Part shown: piece by piece, positions 1 to 9,552 of the stretch
Numbering within the stretch: position 1 is the stretch's first letter
Layout of the letters: each line of letters opens with the position of its first letter
Origin: Chthoniobacteraceae bacterium
GTDB taxonomy: Bacteria; Verrucomicrobiota; Verrucomicrobiia; Chthoniobacterales; Chthoniobacteraceae
Reading direction: 5' to 3'
DNA length: 20,278 nucleotides
NCBI GenBank assembly: GCA_031409335.1
Contig: JANNWY010000023.1
Coordinates: 1-20,278, forward strand
The notes under the pieces: generated by a model
The model's database searches: none
What the model was told of the DNA's origin: nothing
Seen by the model: the letters and a program-made list of their open reading frames with translations, nothing else
Program-made: the position numbers and the translations under genes

Positions 1-120
1 TATGATCGGTTCTGGCGACCGTTTCTGAGGTTACTCTGCCGATTCGCGCACTCTGCGCGCTTTGGCCGCGAATATCTCCAATCCCAGCAAGGCTACCCTC
101 TGTCCGCCGCCGCTTGAGGG

Positions 121-139
121 TTTTTCAACAGACTGCTAA
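121..139. repeat. Right terminus of a TTTTTCAACAG(G/A)CTGCTA-type IS/MITE-like element; left part probably outside the window
   Basis: tttttcaacagactgctaa matches the reverse complement of ctagcagcctgttgaaaaa (19969-19987) and resembles tttttcaacaggctctta (17588-17605). Confidence 0.6.
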
Positions 140-167
140 GCCTTGTTTGCAAACGCGACCCTTAGAA

Positions 168-354
168 AGCCTGAAAGGCTGGCACAACACAGCCCGGGGC
201 AACGCCCTGGGTTTGTTGTCCCCATGCCGAAAGACCTGAAAGGGCGGGACATCCAGCGTTCATCGGCTGTCGCGCCCTGTCCGGGCTTGCGGTCGGTGTC
301 TCCGACAATCCAGGGCGTTGCCCCAGGCTGGGGTCGTGGCGCGCCGTTGACCCT
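168..354. repeat. Nested palindromic REP/REPIN-like element (CCCAGGGCAACGCCCTGGG / CCTGAAAGGGCG type)
   Basis: cagcccggggcaacgccctgg (190-210) pairs with ccagggcgttgccccaggctg (310-330) with 1 mismatch. aagacctgaaagggcgggaca (231-251) pairs imperfectly with tgtcgcgccctgtccgggctt (268-288). It resembles palindromes found beside IS200-like Y1 transposases. Confidence 0.75.
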
Positions 355-397
355 CAAAAACGAGAGTTGCAAAGGCGGTCATCGGACCCAGTTAGAA

Positions 398-469
398 TCA
401 CGCCCTTTCTTCCCCGGCAAACGCGGAGGAAACGATGAGCAATGCGAGAAGGATGTGGCGGCGCTTCAT
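398..469 (-). pseudogene. Signal-peptide-only gene remnant (MKRRHILLALLIVSSAFAGEERA*)
   Basis: ATG lies 14 nt after the TonB receptor stop on the same strand. It encodes a Sec-like signal peptide with an A-F-A cleavage motif and then stops almost immediately. Confidence 0.45.
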
Positions 470-483
470 GCGCGCACCAGGTA

Positions 484-2375
484 TCAGAACTTCGCAGTCA
501 CCGTGAAGCGCACCGCGCGCGGTTCGTTCGGGTGCGAGTGGATGTCGTCGAAACCGTCGCTCGGTTCGCCGCGCAGGCGCGAGGTGTAGTAGTAGTCGAT
601 GTCGCTCGATTCCTCGTCGAAGAGATTGAAGATCTCCACGTTCGCGCTCCACGTTTTGTTGAACTGATAACCGACTTGCGCGTTCACGACCGTCGTCGCG
701 GGCGCCCGCACGCTGTCGTCCTCGATGAGCGAGCGCTCGCCAAAGTAGCGCAGGCGCAGGCTGCCGAACCAGCCGCCGTAGAAATCATGCACGCTCGCGC
801 CGGCGGCGACCACAGTTTCGAGGGAGCCGGGGATGCGGCTGCCTTCGGGCGCGCTATCGCGGAAGCGCGTGTGCGAGAACGCGAGATCGAAATCGAGCGT
901 GAGCCATTTCGTGGGTTCGTAGAAATTCGCCCACTCGATGCCATATCGGCGGCTTGGGCGGCTGGCTTCCGTGTTCCCGGCGTCGCCGATGAAGAGCAGC
1001 TCGGAGTCAATATCGAGGAGCCAGAAAGTGAGCGAACTTTGCAGGCCGGGCAGGAACGCCGTGCGGATGCCGACTTCCGCGCCTTTCGTGCGCACGAGCG
1101 GATCGGCTTTGGAAACAGGATCGCCGCTCAGCGGGTCCACGCGCGCCACCACGCCGCGCGCGTCGTTGCTGTGGTAGCCGAGGCCGCCATTGAGATAAAG
1201 CTCCGTGTCTGCCCAAGGGCCAAAGATCAGCGACAGCTTCGGGCTCGCGATGAACTTGCCGCGGTCGCCGTCGTTCGCGTCGAGATTCGAGTCCACGTCG
1301 AAGTGGAAATAGTCGCCGCGCACTCCGACCACAGTGCGGAATTTTTCCGCCCACTGCGTCTTGTTTTCAAAGTATGCGCCGACGCTGGTTTCGATCGTGT
1401 GGTCCGACCGCGTCGTCGAGAGCCGGTTCGTGGCCTGCGTGCGGTAAAGGCCGTTGCGAATGTTGTCGTAGCGCGTTTGCAGTCCGATCGTCGTCGAGGA
1501 ATTTGGCGCAAACGGCACCACCGCTTTTTTTCCGCCCGCGTCCTTGCCGGCAGCAGCGCCGCCGAAGAGATCGTGATTCCAAGTCTGGCTCAGCTTGAAG
1601 CCGAGCGTCGCGCGCCGCGGAGCCTGGTCCGTCGCATCCCAATCCGCGTGGTAACCGAGCAGCGACAGCGAGAAGCCATTCATCGCGTCACCCGTGCTGT
1701 ATTTCAAAACGCCGTTGTATTTTCCAAAGTCGTCCGCATTCCGCCAAGGTCCGTCGTTGTGCTCGTAGGCAAAGGCATAGAGCAGATTGCCGTTCCCGAC
1801 TTGTGGCGAATCGGCGAGGAGCCCGCGCACGTAGCCGTGCGAGCCGATCGTCGCGCTCGCGATCCCACTCGGCAGCACATCGAGTAACGGATGTCGAACG
1901 CGCCCGCCGACGCGAAATCGCCGATGTCGGCGTAATACACGCCCTTCCGCCACTGCACGTCCTGGATGAGTTCCGGAATCAGGAAATTCAAGTCCGTGTA
2001 ACCCTGGCTGTGCGCGTGCGTGACCATGTTGATCGGCATCCCATCGAGGCTCGTCGCGAGGTCGGTGCCGTGATCGAGATTAAACCCGCGCAGGCAAAAC
2101 TAGTTCGCCTTCCCGCCGCCGCTGTGCTGCGAAACGATGACGCCGGGGATGGCTTCGACGACTTCGCCGACGCGCGAAAGCGGACGCCGCGCGAGATCCG
2201 CGGCACCGATGTAACCTTCATTTGCGGAAGCCGCGCGACCGACAAGATTTTCCGCGCGGCCAGTGATGACGACGGCATCGATCGCCGGCGTCGTGATGTC
2301 TTGCGCGAATATCGGCGCGGCAAGGATCGCGGCGGTGAGGATCGGGCAGAGTGTTTTGATAACGAGGTGGCTCAT
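484..2375 (-). pseudogene. TonB-dependent outer-membrane receptor, disrupted
   Basis: Signal peptide, plug motifs (EAIPGVIVSQHSGGGKAN*FCLRGFNLDHGTD; QGYTDLNFLIPEL; KGVYYADIGDFASAG), beta-barrel repeats and terminal NLFD...PRAVRFTVTAKF. Lesions: in-frame TAG at 2100-2102, a 1-nt frameshift at ~1883, and a probable internal deletion at ~1610. Confidence 0.9.
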
Positions 2376-2407
2376 GGGACGGATGAAAATGTGGGTTTGA
2401 GTGGGCG

Positions 2408-2435
2408 CGCGTGGCCTCAACAAAAAGGCCACGCG
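2408..2435 (-). promoter_or_regulatory. Perfect 10-bp hairpin in the 5' leader of the TonB receptor
   Basis: cgcgtggcct (2408-2417) pairs with aggccacgcg (2426-2435) around an 8-nt loop, 32 nt upstream of the ATG. Confidence 0.5.
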
Positions 2436-2490
2436 GCGAGCGCTACGGATTTTTGAAGTCCGCCATCGCGCCCATCGGGTGGCTTGCCCG

Positions 2491-2520
2491 ATTCAATGAA
2501 AGCCGGACCGCGCCAGTCAA
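2491..2520 (-). promoter_or_regulatory. Possible sigma70 promoter for the TonB receptor
   Basis: Minus strand reads TTGACT-N18-TTGAAT: good -35, weak -10. Confidence 0.25.
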
Positions 2521-2672
2521 GCGCCGGTCAATCGCAATCGCGGGCACCCTTGGATGCATGGCGGATGCGGAAGAATGCGCCGAGCGAATGAAATCAACTC
2601 TCTTCGAGTTTCACCGCGAGCGGACGGCTAGCGTCGCGGAGGCACGCTCGGGCCGCGGTTGGTCGCCAAAAG

Positions 2673-5600
2673 TTACGGTCGCGGGCCGACGACGTTTGCG
2701 AATTGAACGATCGTCCTCGATCCCGTAGCGCTGGTGGAACTGGCGGCGAGGCCGACCAGGCATTGCGCGGGAAGATTGACGGTGGCGGTTCCAATGGCGG
2801 TCCAAATCGCGCCGTCCGTGGAAATGGAGCCGGTGAAACTGGCTCCCTGGCGCGTGAGTTTCACCCAGCCGGGCAGCGCGGGCGCGGGCGCGATGATTCT
2901 TTGCACGGTGGTCGCGATGCCATCGCGCCAGCGCAGAGTGGCGCGGGAGTTGGCCTGAAAATTCAGCGCGGCGTAGCGCGCGCCGGGCAGCAGCGATTCG
3001 CGGAACATCAGGCCGCCGAACGATTGCGAAGTCACAGCGCGCAATGAATCCACGCGGGCGATGATTTCACCGTCGCCCGTCCACGGCAGCCAGACGAAAT
3101 GGATCTCGTCCGCGGCCAGGCCAAGACCCGTGCCTGCCGCGCGGACGGTGAAGAGGTTTGCGGTCGCATTGGCGAGACCGGCTGCCTTGCCGATGTCCTG
3201 CGAAATCCACGGTGCGGGCAGCGGATCGGGGCCGGAAACGGTGACGCTCACCGGGCTCGATGTCGTGACCCCGCCGACATTGTCGGTGGCGCGCGCGGTG
3301 ATCGAGTAACTCCCTGGCGAGACCCCGTTCCAGATGAAGACGAACGGCGGTGCAGTCGCCGCACCTAGCTTTTGTGAGCCGCTGAAAAACTCGACCTTCG
3401 CAATGCTCCCGTCCGCATCGCCCGCATTCGCCACGATCGGGATTTCGGCGGGCGCGAGAAACTGAGCGAGATTCGCTGGCCTTCTGAGCGAAACCGTCGG
3501 CGGCTGATTCGCCAGCGGGCTGACGGTCACCAGCAACGCCTCCGAAACGCCGATGCCGCCGTCGCCGTCGTCGATGAGCGCAGTCGCGCCGCGCCTGCCG
3601 ACGATGGTGAATTTCCCCGCGATCCGACGCAGGATCGCCTGCGCGGAGGCGGGCGTGGCGGCTTCGTTGAAGTCCACCCGCAGCGGAATCGCGCCCGTCC
3701 CGCCAGTCATCGCGCCCACCACCGTCCCGCCGAATCGGACGTTTGAACCGGTGACGCCGACCTGCCCCGGCCCGTGGCCTTCCGGCAAAATCGAAAGCAC
3801 GTCGCCAACGCGCGGAGCGGAAAGGGCGACGCGCAATTTCCCGAACTCAATGCCCGCGCTGTCCGCATCGGTGATCGTCGCGGCGGCGTCGAGAATTTGC
3901 GGAGATGGATTCGCAGCGAGCGGCTGACCGGGAGCGGACCACGCGGCCTGCGGCGCGATGTTGGCCGCGTTCGGGTAAAGCCGCGCGTTGCGGATCACCT
4001 TCGCGCCGAGGTCGTCGGTGACGGTGAGCTGGATGCGAAAAAAGTAAGTCTCGGTGAGGCTGTGGATCGGCGAGATGAGCGCGGCGGCTTCCGCTCCGAA
4101 GACCGCGGGCTCGCCGTGCTGGTGTTCGTTGTGGTGGAGGAAGACGATCCATTGCGACATGGTCGGATGCCCGGGGACTTCGGTGACGCGCCGCTTCAGC
4201 GCGTACTCCGTTTCGCCTTCGAGCGGATATTTCGTGCCGTCGATCGGGCTCAGCAGCGTCACTTCCGGCAGCGTGTGATTCACAAAAATCTGGAGCGTCG
4301 CCTGGTCCGTTCCGTTTGCGGAATCCGTGACGGTCAGCGTCACATCGAAACGCCGCGCACCCGCCGCCGTGAAGACGTGGGTGGGCGAGGGGAGAGTGCT
4401 CGTGGTGCCATCGCCAAAGTCCCACAAAAACGTGAGCGGAAGATTATCGGGATCGAGCGAACCGGCGCTGCTGAAATCCACGCTCAACGGGGCGGGACCG
4501 AGCGTGGCGCTGGCCGACGCGGCGGCGGTCGGCGCGAGATTTCCGCCGGGCGCGTACACGATTTTGTAGATTTCCCCGGCCCCGAGATCGACGGCGTAGA
4601 GCGCGCCGAGGGTCGGGTGCGTCGCGAGAAAAACGGGCGCGCCGCCGGTCGCAAAATCGGCGACTTGCGTTGGGCGGTGGTTCGCGTCGAAGGCGACGGT
4701 CTTGATCCAGTTCGTGGCGAAATCGGCGTGGAAATACAGACCGCGAAATGCCTCGGGAAAATCTGTGCCGTTGTAAAAAACGCCACCCACATTCGCGCGC
4801 GCGATGAACTGCGGCCCGTTCACGTGCGAGCCCGGCGCGCCAACGAGAATTTCGCCCGCGGTCGTATCGAAAAACGTCGCCGCGCGCACCGGCCCGACCG
4901 GGTCCGTGAGCCGCCCGATGTCGAGGACGGGTCGCGCGTGCATGAAGCGCGGAATGCTGGCTGGCACTTGCTGCGCGGGGTTCAGCGGGTTCGGCCACGA
5001 GGGCGTCGCGAGCGTTTCCTGGATGAGCAAGTCGCGAAAATTGAAGAAGCCGCCGAGCGGATTTGGCGCGTCGCGATTTGGAACCGTGCGAGCGAAATAA
5101 CTCTCGTGCCGGTTCAGCCCCTCGAACAGCGGCCAGCCGCAATTCCTGCGCGGGCCATGGATCACGTCGATCTCCTCCCACGACGCCCAGCCGACATCGC
5201 CGAGCACGATCACGCCGGGATCGGCCTCCGCGGGATCGTGGCTGCCGGTCTCGGGGCGGACGGTGAAGCGGAATGGATTTCGCAGCCCAAGCGTCCACAC
5301 GCGCGAGCGCGCGGCGCGCGGATTTGCCGGATCGAAAAAGGGATTGCTCGCGATGCCGTCGCCGGTTTCGGGGTCGATGCGGATGATTTTGCCACTGAGC
5401 GAATCGACGAGTTGCGCGCGAAACGCACCGACATTTTCCTTCACGGAAATGATGCCGTCGGCGAGTGCCTGCGCGGCGTAGGTTGGATTGGGAACGCTGC
5501 CGTCATCGACCTCGTCGTAGTTCGCCGCCTCGCCGCACGAGGCGAGCAGCGTGCCATCGTTGCCAAAGACGAGATGGCCGACGCCGTGCGATTGAAAAAG

Positions 5601-6155
5601 GATCGGGAAGCCGGTCGATTTCGTCTCGCCGACGAGCACCTTCCGGCTCGCGGGATCGACGCTGCGCAATCCGTCCGCCACTCGCGCCGTGTAGCGGGTG
5701 ATGCGCCCGATCGTCGCGGCGAAATATTCGTTCGTCGCGGGGTTGTAAGCGGGCGTGCCGGCGTTCAGCAAATGATGCCGGTCCACGACGTAGCTCAGGT
5801 AGATGAATCCGTTCTGGTGAAAGTTCGGATGCAGCGCGACGCCGAGCAGCCCGTGATCGCGCCACGCGCCGACTTCATCGCTGATGTCGATGAGTGGCGT
5901 CGCGAGTTTCACGCCATTTTCGACGATCCACACCCGGCCCGCGCGCTCCCAGACGTAAACGCGATTTGCGGCTTCGGGACTGGGATCGAAGGCGAGGCCT
6001 ACGGGCTCGTTCCATCCGCTCGCGACTGCCTGCTCGGAAAATCCCGCGGGAAGGGTGAACGCGTGGAGTGGCGTGAATGTGGCCAAGAAGAAAATGCACG
6101 CGATGATGACGGCGGGGATTTTGAACGCGGTAGTGAGTGAAATGGGCGTGGTCAT
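2673..6155 (-). CDS. Secreted PQQ-dependent sugar dehydrogenase-like (GSDH beta-propeller) protein with PKD, Ig-like and C-terminal ConA/DUF1349-like domains
   Basis: 1160 aa. Signal peptide; GSDH motifs (GLLGVALHPNF, SLSGKIIRID, GLRNPFRF, GDVGWASWEEID, NCGWP); PKD (LTFLWDFGDG...HVF...VTLTVTD); Ig-like (DADGSIAKVEFFSG...YSITARATDN); DUF1349-like (GDGEIIARVDS...GGLMFRESL...WVKLTRQG...VGLA). Confidence 0.9.
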   Translation of the reverse strand: MTTPISLTTAFKIPAVIIACIFFLATFTPLHAFTLPAGFSEQAVASGWNEPVGLAFDPSPEAANRVYVWERAGRVWIVENGVKLATPLIDISDEVGAWRDHGLLGVALHPNFHQNGFIYLSYVVDRHHLLNAGTPAYNPATNEYFAATIGRITRYTARVADGLRSVDPASRKVLVGETKSTGFPILFQSHGVGHLVFGNDGTLLASCGEAANYDEVDDGSVPNPTYAAQALADGIISVKENVGAFRAQLVDSLSGKIIRIDPETGDGIASNPFFDPANPRAARSRVWTLGLRNPFRFTVRPETGSHDPAEADPGVIVLGDVGWASWEEIDVIHGPRRNCGWPLFEGLNRHESYFARTVPNRDAPNPLGGFFNFRDLLIQETLATPSWPNPLNPAQQVPASIPRFMHARPVLDIGRLTDPVGPVRAATFFDTTAGEILVGAPGSHVNGPQFIARANVGGVFYNGTDFPEAFRGLYFHADFATNWIKTVAFDANHRPTQVADFATGGAPVFLATHPTLGALYAVDLGAGEIYKIVYAPGGNLAPTAAASASATLGPAPLSVDFSSAGSLDPDNLPLTFLWDFGDGTTSTLPSPTHVFTAAGARRFDVTLTVTDSANGTDQATLQIFVNHTLPEVTLLSPIDGTKYPLEGETEYALKRRVTEVPGHPTMSQWIVFLHHNEHQHGEPAVFGAEAAALISPIHSLTETYFFRIQLTVTDDLGAKVIRNARLYPNAANIAPQAAWSAPGQPLAANPSPQILDAAATITDADSAGIEFGKLRVALSAPRVGDVLSILPEGHGPGQVGVTGSNVRFGGTVVGAMTGGTGAIPLRVDFNEAATPASAQAILRRIAGKFTIVGRRGATALIDDGDGGIGVSEALLVTVSPLANQPPTVSLRRPANLAQFLAPAEIPIVANAGDADGSIAKVEFFSGSQKLGAATAPPFVFIWNGVSPGSYSITARATDNVGGVTTSSPVSVTVSGPDPLPAPWISQDIGKAAGLANATANLFTVRAAGTGLGLAADEIHFVWLPWTGDGEIIARVDSLRAVTSQSFGGLMFRESLLPGARYAALNFQANSRATLRWRDGIATTVQRIIAPAPALPGWVKLTRQGASFTGSISTDGAIWTAIGTATVNLPAQCLVGLAASSTSATGSRTIVQFANVVGPRP

Positions 6156-6222
6156 GCGTTGCGGAAACGCGATGTTCGCGCAGAAAGCGGGCCAACGGCA
6201 ACTCGCCTGGCAGCAACGATCG

Positions 6223-8766
6223 TCAGGGTAGCGTTACTTTCAGGCGGATGTGGCGCGGGCTGTTGGCGGAGGCGGGTGTGTTGTCGCGCACGCGGAGTGT
6301 TGTCGGCGAGTTGGTTTCGATCGTCGTTCCGAGTGAGGACCACGATGCCGGCACGGTGAGATTGCCGGTGACTTCGATGCTGAATACGAGGTCGGTCGCG
6401 GCGGGATTTCGCGCGAGCGTGAGGCGCAGGAATTTGTCGGGACCGATGCTTTCCAAATCGACCGTGATGCCGCCGACCCCGGCAGCCAGCGGATCGTGCG
6501 CGAGCGCGTATTCGAGCAGATTCACCTCGCCGTCGCGATCGGGATTCGCGGTCAGGCCCGCGATGGCGGGATTCGGATTTGGGCCGAAATGATCGAGCGT
6601 CCACTGCTCGATCGGCGTGTTCGGATAAAGGCGGACCTCGCGCACCACGCTCGCGCCGAGGTCGTCGGTGACGGTGAGCTGGACGCGGTATAAATACGTT
6701 TCCGTCGCGCTGTACGCGGGCGAGATCAGGACGCTCGTTGTGTTCGCGAGGATGGGCGGTTCGGCGTGGGAATGTTCGTTGTGATGCAGGAAGACGCGCC
6801 ATTGCGTGGTCGTCGGATGGCCGGGTGATTCCGTGACGCTGCGCGTGAGCTGATAGGAAGTCGCGGCGGCGGTGGAATACCTCGTGCCGTCGAGCGGAGT
6901 CAGGATTTGGGCCGCGGGCAGTGTGTGATTCGCGAAGATCGGCAGGCTCGCCTGCGCAGTCGCGCCCGCGGCGTCGGTGACGGTCAGCGTGACATCGAAA
7001 CGCCGCGTGCCGGGCGCGGTGAAAACGTGCGTCGGCGCGGCAGCCGTGCTCGTGTTGCCGTCGTCAAAACTCCAAAGAAACGTGAGCGGCTGGCCGTCGG
7101 GATCGAGCGATCCGGCGCTGCTGAAAGTCACGCTCAACGGCGATGCGCCGATCTTCACCGACGCGGACGCCACGACTTTAGGCGGCTGATTTCCGCCCGG
7201 CGCATAGACGATCTTCCGCACCGTCGCGTCCGCATAATCGACGACGAAAAGCCCGCCGAGCGTGGGATGCGTCGTCAGAAAAACGGGCGCGCCGCCGGTC
7301 GCGAAATCGCGCACTTCGATCGGACGATAGTTCGCGCCGAGCGTGATCGCCTTGATCCAGCCGCGCCCGTAATCCGCGTGGAAATATGCGTGATGATAGA
7401 TCTCGGGAAAATCCTCGCCGTGATAGACCACGCCGCCAGTGCTCGCATTCGCGCCAAACTGCGGCCCCGCCACCGGCGAACCCGGCGCGCCGACCTGCGC
7501 CTCGCCCGCGGTCGTCCCATTGAAAACTGGCACGAGCGCCTGGTCGAAATGCGCCGCGTCGATGACGGGCCGCGTGTGCATGAAGCGGTGCAGCGTCGCG
7601 GGAATTTGCTGCGCGGGATCGAGCGGATTCGGCCACGAGGGCGGCGCGAGCGTTTCCTGAATGATCAAATCGCGGAATTTGAAAAAGCCGCCGAGCGGAT
7701 TCGGCGCATCGAGATTTACCGGCGAGAAAAAATCGAAACTCGCGTGACGCGTGAGCCCCTCGAAGAGCGGCCAGCCGCAATTTTTCCCCGGCCCGTCGAT
7801 CACCTCGATGCTTTCCCACGCGCCCCAGCCCACGTCGCCGAGCAGGATCACGCCAGGATTTCCCTCCGCGGGATCGTGCCCGCCCGTTTCGGGATGGACG
7901 GTGAAGCGATATGGATTGCGAAAACCAAGCGCCCACACGCGCGAGCGCGGCGCACGCGGATTTGCGGGATCGAAAAACGGATTGCTCGCGAGCCCGTTGC
8001 CCGTCGCCGGATCGAGCCGCAGCACTTTCCCGCTCAGCGAATCGACGAGCTGCGAACGAAATGTGCCGACGTTTTCCTTTGGCCGCAGAATGCCATCGAG
8101 CAACGCCTGCGGCGCGAAGCTGATCGCGGGATTGCTGCCATTATCGACCTCGAAAAAATTCGCCGCCTCGCCGCACGACGCCAGCAGCGTGCCATCATTC
8201 CCAAACACCAGATGCCCGACGCCGTGCGACTGATGGACGATGGGAATCCCCGTCGTGATCGACTCCCCGAGCAGCACCGTGCGGCTCGCGGGAGCGACGC
8301 TGCGAAAGCCGTCGCTCGCCCGCGCCGTGTAGCGCGTGATGCGCCCGATCGTCGCCGCGAAGTCGGTGTTCGCCTGCGGGTCGTACGACGGCGTGACCGC
8401 ATTCAGCAAGTGATAGCGGTCCACGACGTAGAAGAGGTAGATGTGTCCGTTCTGCTGAAAGTTCGGATGCAGCGCGAAGCCGAGCATCCCGTAGTCGCCC
8501 CAGTTCGCGACCTCGTCGTGAATGTCGATGAGCGGCGTCGCGAGCTTCACGCCGTTTTCGACGAGCCACACGCGGCCCGCGCGTTCCCAGATGTAAAAAC
8601 GATTCGCGCCTTGCGGAGTCGGGTCGATGGCGATGCCGACGGGATCGGTCCAGCCGCTGCCGATGAGTTGCTCGGAGAATCCGGGCGGGAGAGTGAGGGC
8701 GCGGGCTGGTGAGAAAATCGCGAGCCAGATCACGGCGAGCAGGGCGGGAGTGGGAATGCGATTCAT
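6223..8766 (-). CDS. Secreted GSDH-like + PKD protein with a Verrucomicrobia-type C-terminal extracellular domain; paralog of 2673..6155
   Basis: 847 aa. Same GSDH and PKD motifs (GMLGFALHPNF, GFRNPYRF, FLWSFDDG); C-terminus DRDGEVNLLEYALAHDP...RNPAATDL...VRDNTP...HIRLKVTLP. Confidence 0.9.
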   Translation of the reverse strand: MNRIPTPALLAVIWLAIFSPARALTLPPGFSEQLIGSGWTDPVGIAIDPTPQGANRFYIWERAGRVWLVENGVKLATPLIDIHDEVANWGDYGMLGFALHPNFQQNGHIYLFYVVDRYHLLNAVTPSYDPQANTDFAATIGRITRYTARASDGFRSVAPASRTVLLGESITTGIPIVHQSHGVGHLVFGNDGTLLASCGEAANFFEVDNGSNPAISFAPQALLDGILRPKENVGTFRSQLVDSLSGKVLRLDPATGNGLASNPFFDPANPRAPRSRVWALGFRNPYRFTVHPETGGHDPAEGNPGVILLGDVGWGAWESIEVIDGPGKNCGWPLFEGLTRHASFDFFSPVNLDAPNPLGGFFKFRDLIIQETLAPPSWPNPLDPAQQIPATLHRFMHTRPVIDAAHFDQALVPVFNGTTAGEAQVGAPGSPVAGPQFGANASTGGVVYHGEDFPEIYHHAYFHADYGRGWIKAITLGANYRPIEVRDFATGGAPVFLTTHPTLGGLFVVDYADATVRKIVYAPGGNQPPKVVASASVKIGASPLSVTFSSAGSLDPDGQPLTFLWSFDDGNTSTAAAPTHVFTAPGTRRFDVTLTVTDAAGATAQASLPIFANHTLPAAQILTPLDGTRYSTAAATSYQLTRSVTESPGHPTTTQWRVFLHHNEHSHAEPPILANTTSVLISPAYSATETYLYRVQLTVTDDLGASVVREVRLYPNTPIEQWTLDHFGPNPNPAIAGLTANPDRDGEVNLLEYALAHDPLAAGVGGITVDLESIGPDKFLRLTLARNPAATDLVFSIEVTGNLTVPASWSSLGTTIETNSPTTLRVRDNTPASANSPRHIRLKVTLP

Positions 8767-8881
8767 CGTGCGTGCGGGAAACGACCGGATGATCGCAGGA
8801 ACTATGCTTTGCTCAAATGGAAGGACGGCGTTGCCGTCAATCGCGCGTTGTGTTTCTGTACTAGTTCAATTTGCTCAACCC

Positions 8882-9508
8882 ATGAAACATTCCATCCAAA
8901 AAATCGCCCTCCTGCTCACGCTCGCCCTCATCGCGAGTGGCGGCGGCGCGCACGCGCAGACCAAGATCGCCACCGTCAAGATTCGTGAACTTTTCGAGAA
9001 CTACGCAAAGGCGCGCGAGAGCGACAACGCGTTTAAGAAACGCATGTCCGGCGTGGCGGGTGAGGCCAAGTCGAAGCGCGAGGTGTTCCTCAAAGGCAAG
9101 GAGGAACTCTCCAAATTCAAGGGCAACGTGAACGATCCGGAAGCGCAGACGAAATTGAAGGCGCTGAAGGAACAGGAACAGGGCATCCTTCAATTCGAGG
9201 CGAAAGCCCGGAGTGAAGCGGACGAGGAGAGCCGCAAAATCCGCGGCGAATTGCTGGCGGAAATGAAGAAGGTGATCGAGGCGAAAGCAAAGGCTGGCGG
9301 TTACGCGCTGGTCATCAATGTCTCGTCGGAAAATCAGGTGGGCGTCCCCGATTTCCCGTACAGCTCCGGCGAGAATGACATCACCAAGGAAGTCCTCACG
9401 GAACTCAACGCCGGCATGATTCTCAAGGACATCGACCTCGGCCCGGATGCTGGCGGCACGAAGCCCGCGGAAAAGCCTGCCGAGAAAAAGCCGGAGAAGA
9501 AAAAGTAG
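8882..9508 (+). CDS. skp: OmpH/Skp family periplasmic chaperone
   Basis: Signal peptide MKHSIQKIALLL...AHA, then KIATVKIRELFENY, a long charged coiled coil, IEAKAKAGGYALVIN and DITKEVLTELN. The start is placed at ATG 8882, not at the longer ORF start. Confidence 0.85.
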   Translation: MKHSIQKIALLLTLALIASGGGAHAQTKIATVKIRELFENYAKARESDNAFKKRMSGVAGEAKSKREVFLKGKEELSKFKGNVNDPEAQTKLKALKEQEQGILQFEAKARSEADEESRKIRGELLAEMKKVIEAKAKAGGYALVINVSSENQVGVPDFPYSSGENDITKEVLTELNAGMILKDIDLGPDAGGTKPAEKPAEKKPEKKK

Positions 9509-9552
9509 GTGTCCGCACCGGGCCGCGCTGAGTCGCGACGGCTGGCGCAGCC

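Noticed and set aside
2100..2102. TAG recoding or alternative genetic code in the TonB receptor
   Set aside because: TAG terminates normal genes here (9508, 11737, 16109, 17483), and the gene also has a frameshift.
2540..2672. Small plus-strand ORF (MADAEECAERM...)
   Set aside because: No motif support, and it runs antisense into the GSDH gene end.
442..8712. Long plus-strand ORFs 442..1887, 3774..6140 and 6907..8712
   Set aside because: They are antisense shadows of high-GC genes with no recognisable motifs.
8627..8881. N-terminal extension of Skp
   Set aside because: It overlaps the divergent gene, and the signal peptide begins at 8882.
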